Shown: one piece after another, positions 39,701 through 54,700 of the stretch
How the letters are laid out: each line of letters opens with the position of its first letter
Numbering within the stretch: the first letter of the stretch is position 1
Source: Mobula hypostoma
Taxonomy: Eukaryota
Assembly (NCBI RefSeq): GCF_963921235.1
Contig: NW_026948187.1
Coordinates: 5,890,001 to 5,954,000 of the forward strand
DNA: 64,000 nucleotides
Direction of reading: 5' to 3'
Program-made: the position numbers and the translations under genes
The notes under the pieces: model-generated
Databases searched by the model: none
What the model saw: the letters and a program-made list of their open reading frames with translations, nothing else
Told to the model about the DNA's origin: nothing

Positions 39701-42700
39701 ACAGGGGAACAGACACAGAATGAAACTACCTCAGCAACGTTCATCACACACAGGGGAACAGACACAGAATGAATCTCCCTCAGCACCGTTCCATCACGGT
39801 CTCGCGGAGTCACACACCGCGTGATGCTCCTTTCACACCGTCCCGTCACCGAATACAGATTTTAAAAACCCTGCAAAATCCAGGGTCAGACACAGAGTGA
39901 AGCTCCCTCGACACCATCTCATCACACATTCCTGAGATCAGATACGGAATGAAACTACCTCGGCATCACAGACACCGGATTCAGTTAAAGAGTGCAACAG
40001 CCTGCACGCCATCCAATCACACACCTCCTAATGGGTCAGACACAAATTGGGGTTCAATCCACAATGTCCCGTCACACACTCTCGGGAACAGACGAAGAAT
40101 AAATCTCTTGTCACACGGTCCCATGATACTCTCCCGGTGCGAGGCAAAGAATGATGCTCCTTCCACAGTGTCCCATCACACACGACCGTGTTCGCCTCAG
40201 ACTGATGCTTACGATCCATCACCATATCACACACTCCTTTCGACAGACATAGAGTGAAGATCCCTGCGCAATCTAACATCAATTTTCCTGGGGACAATCA
40301 CAGAATGAAGCTCCCTCCACACTACTCCATTACACCCGCCCGTGATCAGATAGGAAATGAAACATTCTTGGCACCTTCACACCGCATACTCCCGTGGGCA
40401 GAGGCACACTCCTTCTACCCCATCACATCGCACAACACATGGGTCAGAAAACGAGAGATGCTCCCTCGCACCGTTCTATCACACACCTCTGTTATCAGAC
40501 GCCGAGCGGAACACCATCCAGCCACGCGTCACTATTCCCGGTATCAGACACGCACATGACCCGACCCCGCTTCCGAAACGCAATCACCGCTCCACCCCCG
40601 CCATTCCTCCCCATCACACGAACACTGTGTGACAAACAGAGTCCCATCATACACACACGGGGTGAGACACAGATTTACGGTCCCTGCATACGGGCAGATC
40701 ACACATTTAAACGGTCAGACGCAGATTGAATCTCTATTTTCTTTGCTTCGGCGGTTGAACGGGGCAGGAGTGCGCAAGCGCATGTAAGTCGGCCCGTGAG
40801 GCAGCGGGAGTATTTAAAAGAGAGCAGTTTGTGGAAATCGGTCATTTTTCTCGGCGGTTGAGCGGGACACGACTGCTCAAGCGCGTGTATGTCGGCCCGT
40901 GAGGCAGCGGGAATCTGTTTTGGAGGACTGAGCGTAGGTGCACGACAGACAGGATCTCCCAGTAGCCACCCACTTCAACTCTGCTTCACACTCCCATTCA
41001 GATATGTCCATACATGGCCTCCTCTACTGCCATGATGAGGCTAAACTCAGGTTGGAGGAGAAACACCTCATATACCGTCTAGGTAGTCTCCAGCCCCTTG
41101 GTATGAACATAGAATTCTCCAACTTCCGGTAATTGCCTCTCACTCCCTTCCCCTATCCCTATGTCTCTCTGCCTATCACGTCTTCATGGCTCAGCCTCCT
41201 TCTACTACCCATTGTGTTTTCCCCTATTCTTTCATCACCTTTCCTGCCTATCACCTCCCTTCCTCGCCTCCGCAACCTGCTTATCTTTCCCCTTAATGGT
41301 TTTTAACCTGGAACTTACTAGCCTTCCCCATCTCACACTCACCCCACCTCCTCTATAGGGCCTCTTCCCCTTCCCTCTACAGTCCTGATGAAGGGATCCG
41401 CTCCGAAACGTCGACCGATCTGTTCCACGGATGCTGAGTTCCTCCAGCGTGTTGTGAATGTTCCTTTGAGCCCAGCATCTGCAGATTATTTTGTGTTTAT
41501 AATTGTATAAGGGCTAAGAGTGTTCTGAAAACAAGCCTGAGGTCCTTGAGTGCCAATGCAAGGAGCATTCGTAACAAGGTGTACGAATTGAATGAACAGA
41601 TAGTTATTAATTAATCTGACAGAGTTGGGATCACAGAGACATGGTTCCAGGGTGACCAAGGATAGGAGCCCAACATTCAGGAATATTCAATATTCAGGAT
41701 AGATGGGAGGTACTACTGCAGTTGTACAAGGCCTTGGTGAGACCACATCTGGAGTATTGTGTGCAGTTTTGTTCCCCTAATCTGAGGAAAGACATCCTTG
41801 CCATAGAGGGAGTACAAAGAAGGTTCACTAGATTGATTCCTGGTATGGCAGGACTTTCATTTGATGAAAGACTGGATGAACTAGGCTTATACTCGTTGGA
41901 ATTTAGAAGATTGAGGGGGGATCTGATTGAAACGTATAAAATCCTAAATGGATTGGACAGGCTAGATGCAGGAAGATTGCTCCCGATGTTGGGGAAGTCC
42001 AGAACAACGGGTCACAGTTTGAGGATAAACGGGAAAACTGTTAGGACCGGGATTAGGAAAAACATCTTCACACAAAGAGTTGTGAATCTGTGGAATTCTC
42101 TGCCACAGGAAACAGTTGAGGCCAGTTCATTGGCTGTATGTAAGAGGGAGTTAGATATGGCCCTTGTGGCTAAAGGGATCGGGGGTATGGAGGGAAGGCT
42201 GGTGCAGGGTTCTGAGTCGGATGATCACCCATGATCATACTGAATGGCGGTGCAGGCTCGAAGGGCTGAATGGCCTACTCCTGTACCTATTTTCTATGTT
42301 TCTATGTTTCTATGAAAGAAAAGGAGCTGGTTAGAGAGGAGATTAACGCAGTAGAAAGGAGGGACATTAGCCTGGAGTATGTGGAATCGATATGGGTAGA
42401 GCTGCATAACACTAAGGGGCAGAAAACGCTGGGTGGAGTTGTGAACAGTCCACCTGACAGTAGTAGTTAGGTGTGGAATGGCATTAAACAGGAAATTAGA
42501 AATGAGTGAAATAAAGGAACAACAGTTATAAAGGATGAGGGTGCTGAGGAAGAGGATTCTTTGGAATGTATGCGGGATGGTTTTCAGAACAAACATCTTG
42601 AGGAACCAACCAGAGAGCAGGCTATTCTGGACTGGGTATTGAACAATGAGGAAAGGTTATTTAGCAATCATGTCGTGCGAGGCCCCTTGGGTAAGAGTGA

Positions 42701-45700
42701 CCAAATATGGTGGAATTCTTCACTAAGACGGAGAGTGACATAGTTAATTCAGGAACAAAGGTTCTGAACATAAAGAAGGGTAACTTTGAAGGTATGAGAC
42801 GTGAATTAGCTGAGATAGACTGGCAAATGATACTTAAAGGGTTGACGGTGGATATGCAATGGCAAGCATTTCAAGATTGCATGTCTGAACTACAACAATT
42901 GTTCAACCTAGTTTGGCCAAAGATTAAGTCAAGGAAGGTAGTGCACCCGTGGTTGACAAGGGAAATCAGGGATAGTATCAATTCCAAAGAAGAAGCATAC
43001 AAATTAGCCAGGAAAAGCGGCTCACCTGAGGACTGGAAAAAATTCAGAGTCCAGCAGAGGAGGACAAAGGGCTTAATTAGGACAGGGAAACACTATGTGA
43101 GAGAATGTCATCAGGGAACATAAAACTGACTGTAAAAGCTTTTTATCGATATGTAAACAGAAAAAGATTGGATAAGACAAATGTAGGTCCCTTATAGTCA
43201 GAAACAGGTGAATTGATCATGGGGAACAAGGACACGGCAGTCCAATTGAATACCTACTTTGGTTCTGTCTTCACTAAGAGGACATAAATAATTTTCCAGA
43301 AATAGCAGGGGACAGAGCGTTTCGTGAGATGGAGGAACTGAGGGAAATACATGTTAGTAGGGAATGGTGTTAGGTAAATTGAACGGATTAATGTCAGATA
43401 AATCCCCAGGGCCAGATGGTCTGCATCCCAGAGAGCTTAAGGAAGTAGCCCAAAGAAATAGTGGATGCATTAGTGATTATTTTTCAAAACTCTTTAGATT
43501 CTGAATTAGTTCCTGAGGATTGGAGGGTGGATAATGTAACCCCGCTTTAAAAAAAAAGAGTGAGAGAGAAACCGGGGAATTATAGCCCGGTTAGCCTAAC
43601 ATCGGTGGTGGGTGAAATGCTGAAGTCAGTTATCAAAGATGCCGTAAGGCTCCCTGCTGGGACCTCAGTTGCTTACAATATGTCAACAAAATCCACACAG
43701 GAGATTAGTGTGCAAATTTAAAGCACACGGTATTGGGGGTAAGGTATTGATGTGGATAGAGAATTGGTTGGCAGACAGGAAGCAAAGAATGGGAATAAAC
43801 GGGACCTTTTCAGAATGGCAGGCAGTGACTAGTGGGGTACCGCAAGGCTCAGTGCTGGGACCCCAGTTTTTACAATATATATTAATGACTTAGACGAGGG
43901 AATTAAATGCAGCATCTCCAAGTTTGCTGATGACTCGAAGCTGGGCGGCAGTGTTAGCTGTGAAGAGGATGCTAAGAGGATGCAGGGTGACTTGCATAGG
44001 TTAGGTGAGTGGGCAAATTCATGGCAGATGCAATTTAATCTGGATAAATGCGAGGTTATCCACTTTGGTGGCAGAACAGGAAAACAGATTATTATCTGAA
44101 TGGTGGCCGATTAGGAAAAGAGGAGGGGCCAGGAGACCTGGGTGTTATTGTACACTGGTCATTGAAAGTGGGCATGCAGGGACAGCCGGCGGAGAAAAAT
44201 GCGAACGGTATGCTGTCATTCATAGGAAATGGATTCGAGTACAGGAGCAGGGAGGTTCTATTGCAGTTGTACAAGGCCTTGGTGAGACCATACCTGGAGT
44301 ATTACTTGCAGTTTTCGTCACCTACTCCGAGGAAACACATTCTTGCCATAAAGTGAGTACAAAGAAGTTTCACAAGATTGATTCCTGGGATGGCAGGACT
44401 TTCATATGATGAAAGACTGGCTCGACTAGGCTTATACTCGCTGGAATTTAGAAGATTGAGGGGGGATCTTATTCAAACGTAAAAAATTCTAAAGGGATTG
44501 GACAGGCTAGATGCAGGAAGATTGTTCCCGATGTTGGGAAAGTCCAGAACGGCTGGTCACAGTTTAAGGATAAAGGGGAAGACTTTTAGGACCGAGATGA
44601 GGAAAAACTTTTTCACACAGAGAGTGGTGAATCTTTGGAATTCTCTGCCACAACATACAGCTGAGGGCAGTTCATTGACTATATTTAAGACGGAGTTAGA
44701 TATGGTCCTTGAGGCTAAAGGTATCAGGGGGTATGGAGAGAAGGCAGTTACAGGCTTCTGAGTTGAATGATCAGCCATGATCATACTGAATGGCGGTGTA
44801 GGCTCGAAGGGCCGAATAACTACTCCTTAGCTATTTTCTCTGTTTCTATGTTTAAATCTCCACCGTCTCAGCACACACTCTCGGGGACAGACACAGAGTG
44901 ACGCTCCCTCCACACCGCCCCTCACACACACCTTGGCTCAGAGAACAGAATTTAGATCCCTCCACAATGTCCTGTCACACACAGCCTTAGTCACACACAG
45001 TGGGAATCTCTCTCTCCATGGCACCGTCACATACTGTAGCGGTCAGACAGGGAAAGAAACTCTCTCAGCACACACGACACATTTCAGAGAGAGAATAATT
45101 CCCCCCCCACCCCCCACAGCTTCTCAACACACCACAGAGTAAATTGTCAGACACAGAGTGAAGCTCCCTCCGCACCGTCCCATCACACACAGAATGAATC
45201 TCCCTCCACACGGTCCCATCCCACAATCCCGAGTCTAACACAGTGTGAGTCTCCCTCCTTACGTCTCATCACATACTCCCTGCCGTGTCACAGAACGAAG
45301 CTCTCCCTGAACTGACTCAACACAGCCCCACTGTGTTCACACACAACGCGACTTTCAACCCACACCCGCCCATGGCACACTCATGGGGTCAGACTCTCTC
45401 CGCAATATCCAATCACACAATGCGGTATCACAGAGAATGAACGTCCCTCTGCACGGTCCCATCACACACTCCCGGAGTCAGACACCGACGCTCTTTCTCT
45501 ACGATCCCGTTGAGACAGAGGCAGAGTGAAGCACTATCCACACCGTCCCATCACTCCTGAATTCAGACACAGAGTGAAGCTCCCTCTGCACCGTCCCATC
45601 ACTCACTCCCGGAGTGAGATACAGACTGAAGCTGTCTCCCCAGGATCCCATCACACACTCCCGGATTGAGTCACAGAGGGAAGCCCCCTCTGCAACGTCC

Positions 45701-48700
45701 CATTACACACTCCCGGGGTCAGTCAGAGACGCTCTCTCTCTCTGCGATCCCATCACTCACTCCCGGATTGAGTCACAGAGTGAAGCCCCCTCTGCAACGT
45801 CCCATTACACACTCCGGGAGTCAGAAACAGACGAAAACACTCCCTCCACGTTCTCATCACACAACACACTCCCTGATTCAGTCACTGAGTGAAGCCCCCT
45901 CTGCAACATCCCGTCACGCTCTCCCGGATTCAGAGTGATAATCTCTCTCCAGGGAGCCATAACACCATGGATTCAGGCGTGGGGTGAAGCTCTCTGGGCA
46001 CTGTCACATCACACTATCCCACTGTCAGACACAAAGTGAAACCTCCTCCACAACGTCCCACCGCACACTCGTGGGTTCGGTGCTAGAGTGCAACTCCTTC
46101 GCGTAGCCCCATCACACACTCACCGAGTCAGACACTTAGTGAATCTCCCGCTATACCATCTCTTCACACACTCTCTATGTTAAGCACAGAGTGACGCTTC
46201 CTCTCACCGTGCCTGCTCGGTCATGAGGAGCGGGTTAAAGAGGGGGATAATGCCTCACCTCTTCTGCTGGTCAACAATTCACAGATCTGAGCTTTGGTTT
46301 CGTTGACAGATCTGTACTTCGTTTGCATCTCAGTGAACTGGTGACGGAGATCAGCGTGCGTTCGGTTAAGATCGATCAGCTCTGAGTTGAGCGCAGATAG
46401 ATTCTTGAGACAGGTTCTCTGAGAGAGATTCAGGTGGGAAGTTAACTCACGATGGTTTCGGTCAGAGGTGATCATAGACTGACGAATCTGTGATACTGAG
46501 AGAGATGGTGAAAGATATTTAGCGTTTACAGTGACACGGGAGTCAGCGTCACGCTACCGAACGGGTCACAGAGAGTGTTGTGTCAGTGTCACGGTGAAGG
46601 GTGTCACAGCGATGGATCTGCTGGTGGCACAGTGAGAGGCGTTGGCGCCACCTTGCGGTTCGTGTCTGTGTCACGCTGAGCTGTTTATAAATTTCCCGGT
46701 GAAGGTGTTATTGTTACAACGGGGTCCGCATCAGTATCGTACAGGGCATGTCCGTGTTGCTGTGTGGTACGTGCCTGTGTCACTGTGATAGGTGTTTTTG
46801 TGCGCCGGCGAGAGGTGTACCGAGTTACTGTGTCTCACTGCGAGAGAACTGTCAGAGTGAGAGACCTGGTGTTGTCACGCTGGGTAGAGTGCCTGTGTCA
46901 TGGTGTTGGGTGTGCCGATCTCACAGAGAGGTGTGTGTCTGTGTCGACCTTGGAGACATATCATGGCCACGGTGTGTGTGACAGTGTCATGCTGAGGTGT
47001 TTGCAGATGTCACCGAGACTTCTATGTCGGCGACACTGTGAAATTAGGTGTTGGTATCACGGTGAGTGGTTTGTCTGTGTCAGAGTTGGGTGCATCGGTG
47101 TTATTTTGAGGGGTTATACCATATCGGTAAGGGGTGTTACAGTGGGTGCGAGCTTTGTCACGGTGCGGAGCTGGACGGGTCACGTTGAGGAACGTGTAGG
47201 TGTCACGGAGTACGGTGCCTCAGTGTCACGGTGAAGGACATGTCGGACTCACTGTGAGGTGTGTTTCGGTGTCGCCTTGGGGAGTGTATCAGTTACACTG
47301 GCAGGGTCATGTCGATGTTAAATTGAGTGGTCCATTTCTGCGTCACGGTGACGCGCGTGTCCCTGTCTCGGTTCAGAGTGCAACTGTGTCACGTTGAACG
47401 TCGTGTTCGTGCGACGGTGACAGGATTATTGGTGTTCTGCTATGTAGCGAGTCGGTGTTTGGATGACTCCTGATTGTGTTACTGTAAAGGCCGTGTCTTT
47501 GTCACGGTTAGGGATGTGTCCGTGGTGAAAAGTTTTTTTTGTCCATGTTACAGTAAGGGGCGTGTCTGTGTCACTGTAGCGTTTTACAATAACAATTTGT
47601 TCCACTCTCTTTATTTGCGGTCTGACTCCACCCGGAGGGCGTTCGACTCACCATGGATCGAGAGCCCGGCCACAATCACGACAAGGCTGGACGTAACTAG
47701 GCAGAGTAGGTAGATCTTACGGTGCGGTCTATTTCCGATGTTCTCTTTTGGTTCCTGTTCGTGCGCACCTGTAGAGAGAGCACAAGACCATAAGACATAG
47801 GAGCAGAAGTACGCCATTCGGCCGATCGAGTTTGCCTTCTCCTCTACCGTTTGAAGTTCGTTTCTCTGACAGAAAGCCCGTCACTAACGGTGTTCACCGG
47901 GGTCGAGGGTGGGACCAGTGATCTTTATCAATTATATCGACTATTTGTAGTAGATTATATAAGTCGCGGTTGGTAAGCCTGCTGACAACACTAACGTCGG
48001 TGCCGAGGTAAACAGTGAAGACATTTACCGCTTACACTGGGATCTCGATTAGCTGGGGAAGAGAGCAGAGCAGTAGCAAATGCGATTTATTTCTCATAAG
48101 AGCGAGCTATAGTAATTCAGAAAGGGAAACAAGGGTACAATGTTCAGAGTGTTCGGGAGAAACCCTGGCGTGTGTTGAATAACAGTGGGACCAAGGGCCC
48201 CACATCCAACGTTCCTAGAGCGTGAAGTGACCGGTGGAGGGATCGGTGAAGGTGTCTGACGCCCCGGCCTTCATCAATCAAGGCACTGAGTACAGGATTA
48301 AGGGGTCACGTTGCAGCTGGACAAGACGTCGGTGAGGCCGCCCTTGGAGTACGGTGTTTAGTTTTGGTCGCCCTGCTATAGGACAGATGTCAATGAGCTG
48401 GACAGATTGCAGAGGGAGATTTACGACGATATTGCCGGGGATCGAGGGATTCAGTTACGGAGATAAGTCGAGCAGGTCGGGACATTAATGCTTGGAGCGC
48501 ACGGGTGACCTTACAGGGGTGTAAACAAACACGTGGGTACACAGACAAGGTGAATGCGTACTGTCATTTTCTTTAAACTTGGAGAACCGTGGACCGGAGC
48601 GCACATGTCTGAGATGATAGCAGAAAGAGATTTAAACTGGGGCACGAGTGACGACTTCCTTTTTTAACCCAGACGGCGTTCCGTATAAGGAACGAGCTGC

Positions 48701-51700
48701 CAGAGGAACTGATGGATGCCGATGCATTAGGACTTGAATTGTCGGGCGTATGGCACGTGACCACTTCAGACTGACGTCATTACTGTGAACTCTGACCTCC
48801 TTGTGCAGTCACTGGCATTTCGGCGGGTGCCGAGGTAATGGGAGGATCTTCATAATCATCGATGAGAATTTCGTCTTTCCGAAGGTTCAGCATTGAGTAG
48901 GTGGATGTGACACCGTCTGGGAAGAAAGAAAGATAATGTGAGAGACAAAGATATAGAAGGAGGAGGAATGGTTACTTCGAGTGCCAGGATTTAGATGCTT
49001 CAGAAAGGACAGGGAAAGAGGCAAAAGAGGTGGAACCTTTGATCAGAGATAGTGTCACAGCTACAGAAGAGCAGGAAGACAAGCAGGAATTGTTTATACC
49101 AAGGGGCTGGAGACTACCAAGACAGTATATGAGGTGTTACTACTCCAAACTTGTCCCTACACCCCATCTCTTGCAACCATTCAGGGCTCCAAATAGGCCT
49201 TCCAGGTGAAACAACACTTCACTTGTCAGTCTGTTGGGGTCGACTATTGCATCCGGTACTCCCGGTGCGACCTCATCTACATCGGTGAAACCCGACGCAG
49301 ATTGGGGGACCACTTCGTCGAGCACCTCCACTCCGTCCGCCACAACAGACATGATCTCCCGGTAGCCACCCACTTCAACTCTGTTTCCCACTCCCATTCA
49401 GATATGTTCATTCATGGCCTCCTCTACCGTTATGATGAGACTAAACTCAGGTTGGAGGAGCAACACCTCATATACCGTCTAGGTAGTCCCCAGTTTCTTG
49501 GTATGAACATAGAATTCTCCAACTTCCGGTAATTCCCTCCCGCTCCCTTCCTCTATCCCTATTTCACTCTACCCCCTACCCCAGCTCCCTTATGGTTCCG
49601 CCTCCTTCTTCTACCACCCATTTATTCAGGGCTATGAAGTCACTGCTTCCGCTCCCCCACCTCTTTGTCTTTCAAATTACTGGTCTTTCAACTGAAGCTA
49701 CAAGCATTCTTCAAATCCTTCCCCATCTTTCATTCTTCAGACCTGACGAAGGGTTCCGGTCCGAAACGTCGACTCATCGTTTCTGACTGATGCTGCCCGA
49801 CCTGCTGAGTTCATCCAGCGTACACACAGGAGATTAGTGTGCAAAATTAAAGCACACGGTATTGGGGGTAAGGTATTGATGTGGATGGAAAATTGGTTAG
49901 CAGACAGGAAGCAAAGAGTTAGAATAAACGGGACCTTTTCAGAATGGCAGGCGGTGACTAGTGGGGTACCGCAAGGCTCAGTGCTGGGACCCCAGTTGTT
50001 TACAATATATATTAATGATTTGGATGAGGGAATTAAATGCAGCATCTCCAAGTTTGCGGATGACACGAAGCTGGGTGGCAGTGCTAGCTGTGAGGAGGAT
50101 GGTAAGATTATGCAGAGTGACTTGGATATGTTGGGTGAGTGGGCAAATTCATGGCAGATGAAATTTAATGTGGATATATGTGAAGTTATCCACTTTGGTG
50201 GCAAAAGTAGGAAAACAGATTATTATCTGAATGGTGGCCGATTAGGAAAAGGGGAGGTGCAACGAGACCTGGATGTCATTATACACCAGTCATTGAAAGT
50301 GGGCATGCAGGTACAGCAGGCGGTGAAAAAGGCGAATGGTATGCTGGCATTTATAGCGAGAGGATTCGAGTACAGGAGCAGGGAGGTACTACTGCAGTTG
50401 TACAAGGCCTTGGTGAGACCACACCTGGAGTATTGTGTGCAGTTTTGGTCCCCTAATCTGAGGAAAGACATACTTGCCATAGAGGGAGTACAAAGAAGGT
50501 TCACCAGATTGATTCCTGGGATGGCAGGACTTTCATATGAAGAAAGACTGGATGAACTGGGCTTGTACTCGTTGGAATTTAGAAGATTGAGGGGCGATCT
50601 GATTGAAACGTATAAAATCCTAAAGGAATTGGACAGGCTAGATGCAGGAAGGTTGTTTCCGATGTCGGGGAAGTCCCGAACAAGGGGTCACAGTTTGAGG
50701 ATAAAGGGGAAGCCTTTTAGGACCGTGATTAGGAAAAAACTTCTTCACACAGAGAGTGGTGAATCTGTGGAATTCTCTGCCACGGGAAACAGTTGAGGCC
50801 AGTTCATTGGCTATATTTAAGAGGGAGTTAGATATAGCCCTTGTGGCTACGGGGATCAGGGGGTATGGAGGGATGGCTGGGGTGGGGTTCTGAGTTGGAT
50901 GATCAGCCATGATCATAATTAATGGAGGTGCAGGCTCGAAGGGCCGAATGGCCTACTCCTGCACCTATTTTCTATGTTTCTATGTTTCTATGTACTGAAA
51001 GTGTTGCTTCTATAACTCTATAGGGTGTTCTTTCTTTGTTTTTTTGTTTTTTTTATGTAGACGGCCCAATAGTAACAAGGACATCGAGGGGCAGATAGGG
51101 GGATAGATTATGGAGAGGTGTAATAATAGCAGTGTTATCGTAGTGGGAGATTTAATTTCTCAATTATCGATAGGCATGCCCTAAGATTGAATGGTTCAGA
51201 TGGGAGAGAGTTCAGTAGGTGTGCTTAAAAAGATTTCTTGAAACAACATGTTGATAAGCCTTCAAGAGGTGAGGCTGTACTTAAACTGGTATTGGAAAAT
51301 GAACCTGGTCAGATGCCAGGTCTCTCAGTAGGAAAGCATTTTGGAGGTAGTGATCACAATTCTATCTCCTTTACAATAGCATTAGAAGGGAATAGGAAAG
51401 CGTTTAATTGGAGGAGGGAGAAATATGAGGCTATCAGGCAGAAAATTGGAAGCTTAAATTGGGAACAGCGTTTCTCAGGGAAATCTACGGAAGAAATGTG
51501 GCAAATGTGAAGAGATACTTGATTGGGTTTTGCGTAGATAGGTTCCAATGAGACAGGGAAAGGATAGTAGCAGCAGGAACAGGGGTGCACAAAGGCTGTT
51601 ATAACTCTATTCAAGAAGAAAAGAAGATGTTACCATAGATTAAAAAAAAACTAGGTAATGATAGAGATCGAGAAGATTATAAGGCTATCAGGAAGGAACT

Positions 51701-54700
51701 TAGGAAATGAATTTGGAGAGCTAGAAGGGACCATGAAAAGGCTTTGGTGGACAGAATTAAGGAAAACCCCAAGGCAGTCTTGAAGAAGTGAAGAGTAAGA
51801 GGTTTAGACGTGAGAGAATAGAACCAAGCAAGTGTGAAACTGGATAGGTGTGCATGGAACCAGAGGAGATAGCAAAGATACTTATTTCATACATTGCTTC
51901 AGTATTCACTACGGAAAAGGACCTTGGCGATCGTAGGGATAACCTACAGCAGACTTGAGCATTTAGATATTATAAAAGAGGATGGGAAACACTTTTTGGA
52001 AAACAACGAGTTAGTAAAGTCACTGGGACAGGAGGAGATGTACCCTAGGCTACTGCGGGAGGCGAGGGAGGAGACTGTTGAGTCTCTGGCAATCATCTGT
52101 ATATCATCCATGGGGACGGGAGAGGTTCAGGAGGATTGGGGGTTTGCGGATGTTGCTTCCTTTTTCGTTAACCCAGGAAAACATAGACCAGTGGGCCTTA
52201 CTTCGGTGTTTGGTTAATTGATGGAGCAGATCCTGAGAGGAAGGATTTATGAACATTTGGAGAGGCATAATGTGATTAGGAATAGTCTGCATGGCTTTGT
52301 CAAAGGCAAGTTGTGCCTTACGTGCCTGATTGAATTTTAGTGAGGTTGTCACTAATCACATTGCTGAAGGAGCATGAGTAGATGTAGTGTATATGGATTT
52401 CGGCATGGCATTTGACAAGGTGCCCAATGCAAGGCTTCTTTAGCAAGTAAGGAGACATAGGATCGAAGGGTGCATTGCTTTGTGGATCCAGAAATAGCTT
52501 TCTCACAAAAAGCAAAGTGTTGTTGTAGAGGGTCATATTCCGCATGGAGGTCGGTGACCAGTGGTGTGCCTTAGGGATCTGTTCTATGACCCCTGCAGTT
52601 TGTGATTTTTTTAATAAATGACCTGCATGAAGAAGTAGATTGATGGGTTAGTAAGTTGGTTGATAATACAAAGGTTGGCTGTCTTCTGGGTAGTGTGCAG
52701 GGCTGTCAGAGTTTACAACGGGACATCGATAGAATGAAAAATTGGGCTGAAAAGTGGCAGATTCAGTTCAACCCAGATAAGTGTGAGGTGGTTCATTTTG
52801 GTAAGTCAAAACTGAATGCAGATTATAATATTAATGGTAACACACTTGGCAGTGTGGAGGATCAGAGGGATCTTGGGGTCCGAGTCCACAGGAAACTCAA
52901 AGCTCCAACGCGGGTGGACTTTGTGGTTAAGAAAGCATATTGTCCTTTTTCAATGGTGGGATTGAGTTTAGGAGCCGAGAGGTAAGGTAGCAGCTATATA
53001 GGATCCTGGTCAGACCCCACTTGGAGTACTGTGCTCAGTTCTGGTCGCCTCACTACAGGAAGGATGTGGAAACCTTAGACATGTTGCAGAGGATATTTAC
53101 AGGGATGTTGCCTGGTTTGGAGTGAAAGCCTTAATGGAATAGGTTGAGTTAACTCGGCCTTTTTTGCTTGAAGCGACGGAGGATGAGAGGTGACCTGATA
53201 GAGGTGTATAAGATGATGAGAGGCATTGATCGTGTTTATAGTCAGAGGGTTATTTATTTTTTTTCTAGAGCTAAAATAGCTAGCACGAGGGAGCACAGTT
53301 TTAAGGTGCTTGGAAGCAGGAACAAAGGAGATGTCAGGGGTAAGTTTTTTTACGCAGCGAGTGTTGAGTGCGTGGAATGGGCTGGTGGCGACGGTGGTGG
53401 AGGCGGATATAGAGGGTATTTTAAGAGACTCCTGGACAGGTACAAGGAGCTCATAAATAGAGGTCTATGGGTAACCCTAGTTAATTTCCAAGATAACGAC
53501 ATGTTCGTCACGGCTTTGTGGGTCGATGGGCCTGTATTGTGCATTAGGTTTCTATGTTTCTTTGTTTCTGTTATAAGAGGTAAGGTTACAAGAGGAAGAG
53601 CGCTAAGGTAATGTAATGGTTAGCACACCGCTCTGCAGTATCAGCGACCCGGATTCAATTCCGGCCGCTGGATGGAAGGATTCTGTACGTTCTCCCCGTG
53701 ACCGCGAACGTGTCGTCCACGTGATCCAATTTCCTCCCACCGTCAGCAGACACACCAGCTGGTAGGTTAGTTGGCCAAATTAAATGGAGGAATGTCCGCA
53801 CCGTTTTTCAAAAGGTAAGCAAATCTAATTTTTCTTTAAAGATGAATCTCAAGGTTGTTTCTGGTATCAATATACAGCGGGCCTTCTGGAGTTTGAAATG
53901 TGTAGGACTGATATGAATGAAAATGTAGATGGATGGGTTGATAGTTTTGCAGACGACAAAAAGAGCGGTGATGTTGTGGAGAGAGTAATACAGAGAACAT
54001 AGAACATAGAATAGTACAGAACATTACAGGCCCTTCGGCCCACAATGACGTGCCGACCCTCAAACCCTGCCTCCCATATAACACCCACACCTGAAATTCC
54101 TCCATATATCTGTCTATTAGTCTCTTAAACTTCACTTGTGTATCTGCCTCCACCACTGACTCAGGCAGTGCATTCCACGCACCAGCCACTCTCAGAGTAA
54201 AAAAAACCTTCCTCTAATATCCCCCTTGAACTTCTCACCGCTTACGTTAAAGCCATGTCATTTATATTGAGCAGCGGTGCCCTGGGGAAGAGGCGCTGGC
54301 TATCCACTCTATCTATTCCTCTTATTATCTTGTACACCTCTATCATGTCTCTTCTCATCCTCCTTCTCTCCAAAGAGTAAAGCCCTAGCTCCCTTAATCT
54401 GTGATCATAATGCGTACTCTCTAAACCAGGCAGCATTCTGGTAAATCTCCACTGTACCCTTTCCAATGCTTCCACATCCTTCCTATAGTGAGGTGACCAG
54501 AACTGGACACAATACTCCAAGTGTGGTCTAACCAGAGTTTTATAGAGCTGCATCATTACATCGCGACTCTTAAACTCCATCCCCCGACTTAGGAAAGCTA
54601 ACACCCCATAAGCTTTCTTAACTACCCTATCCACATGTGAGGCAACTTTCAGGGATCTGTGGACATGTACCCCCAAATCCCTCTGCTCCTCCACACTACC

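Noticed and set aside
49837-50796. 319-aa ORF as a functional or domesticated reverse transcriptase
   Set aside because: Only the C-terminal half of CR1 ORF2, 5'-truncated and frameshifted near the end
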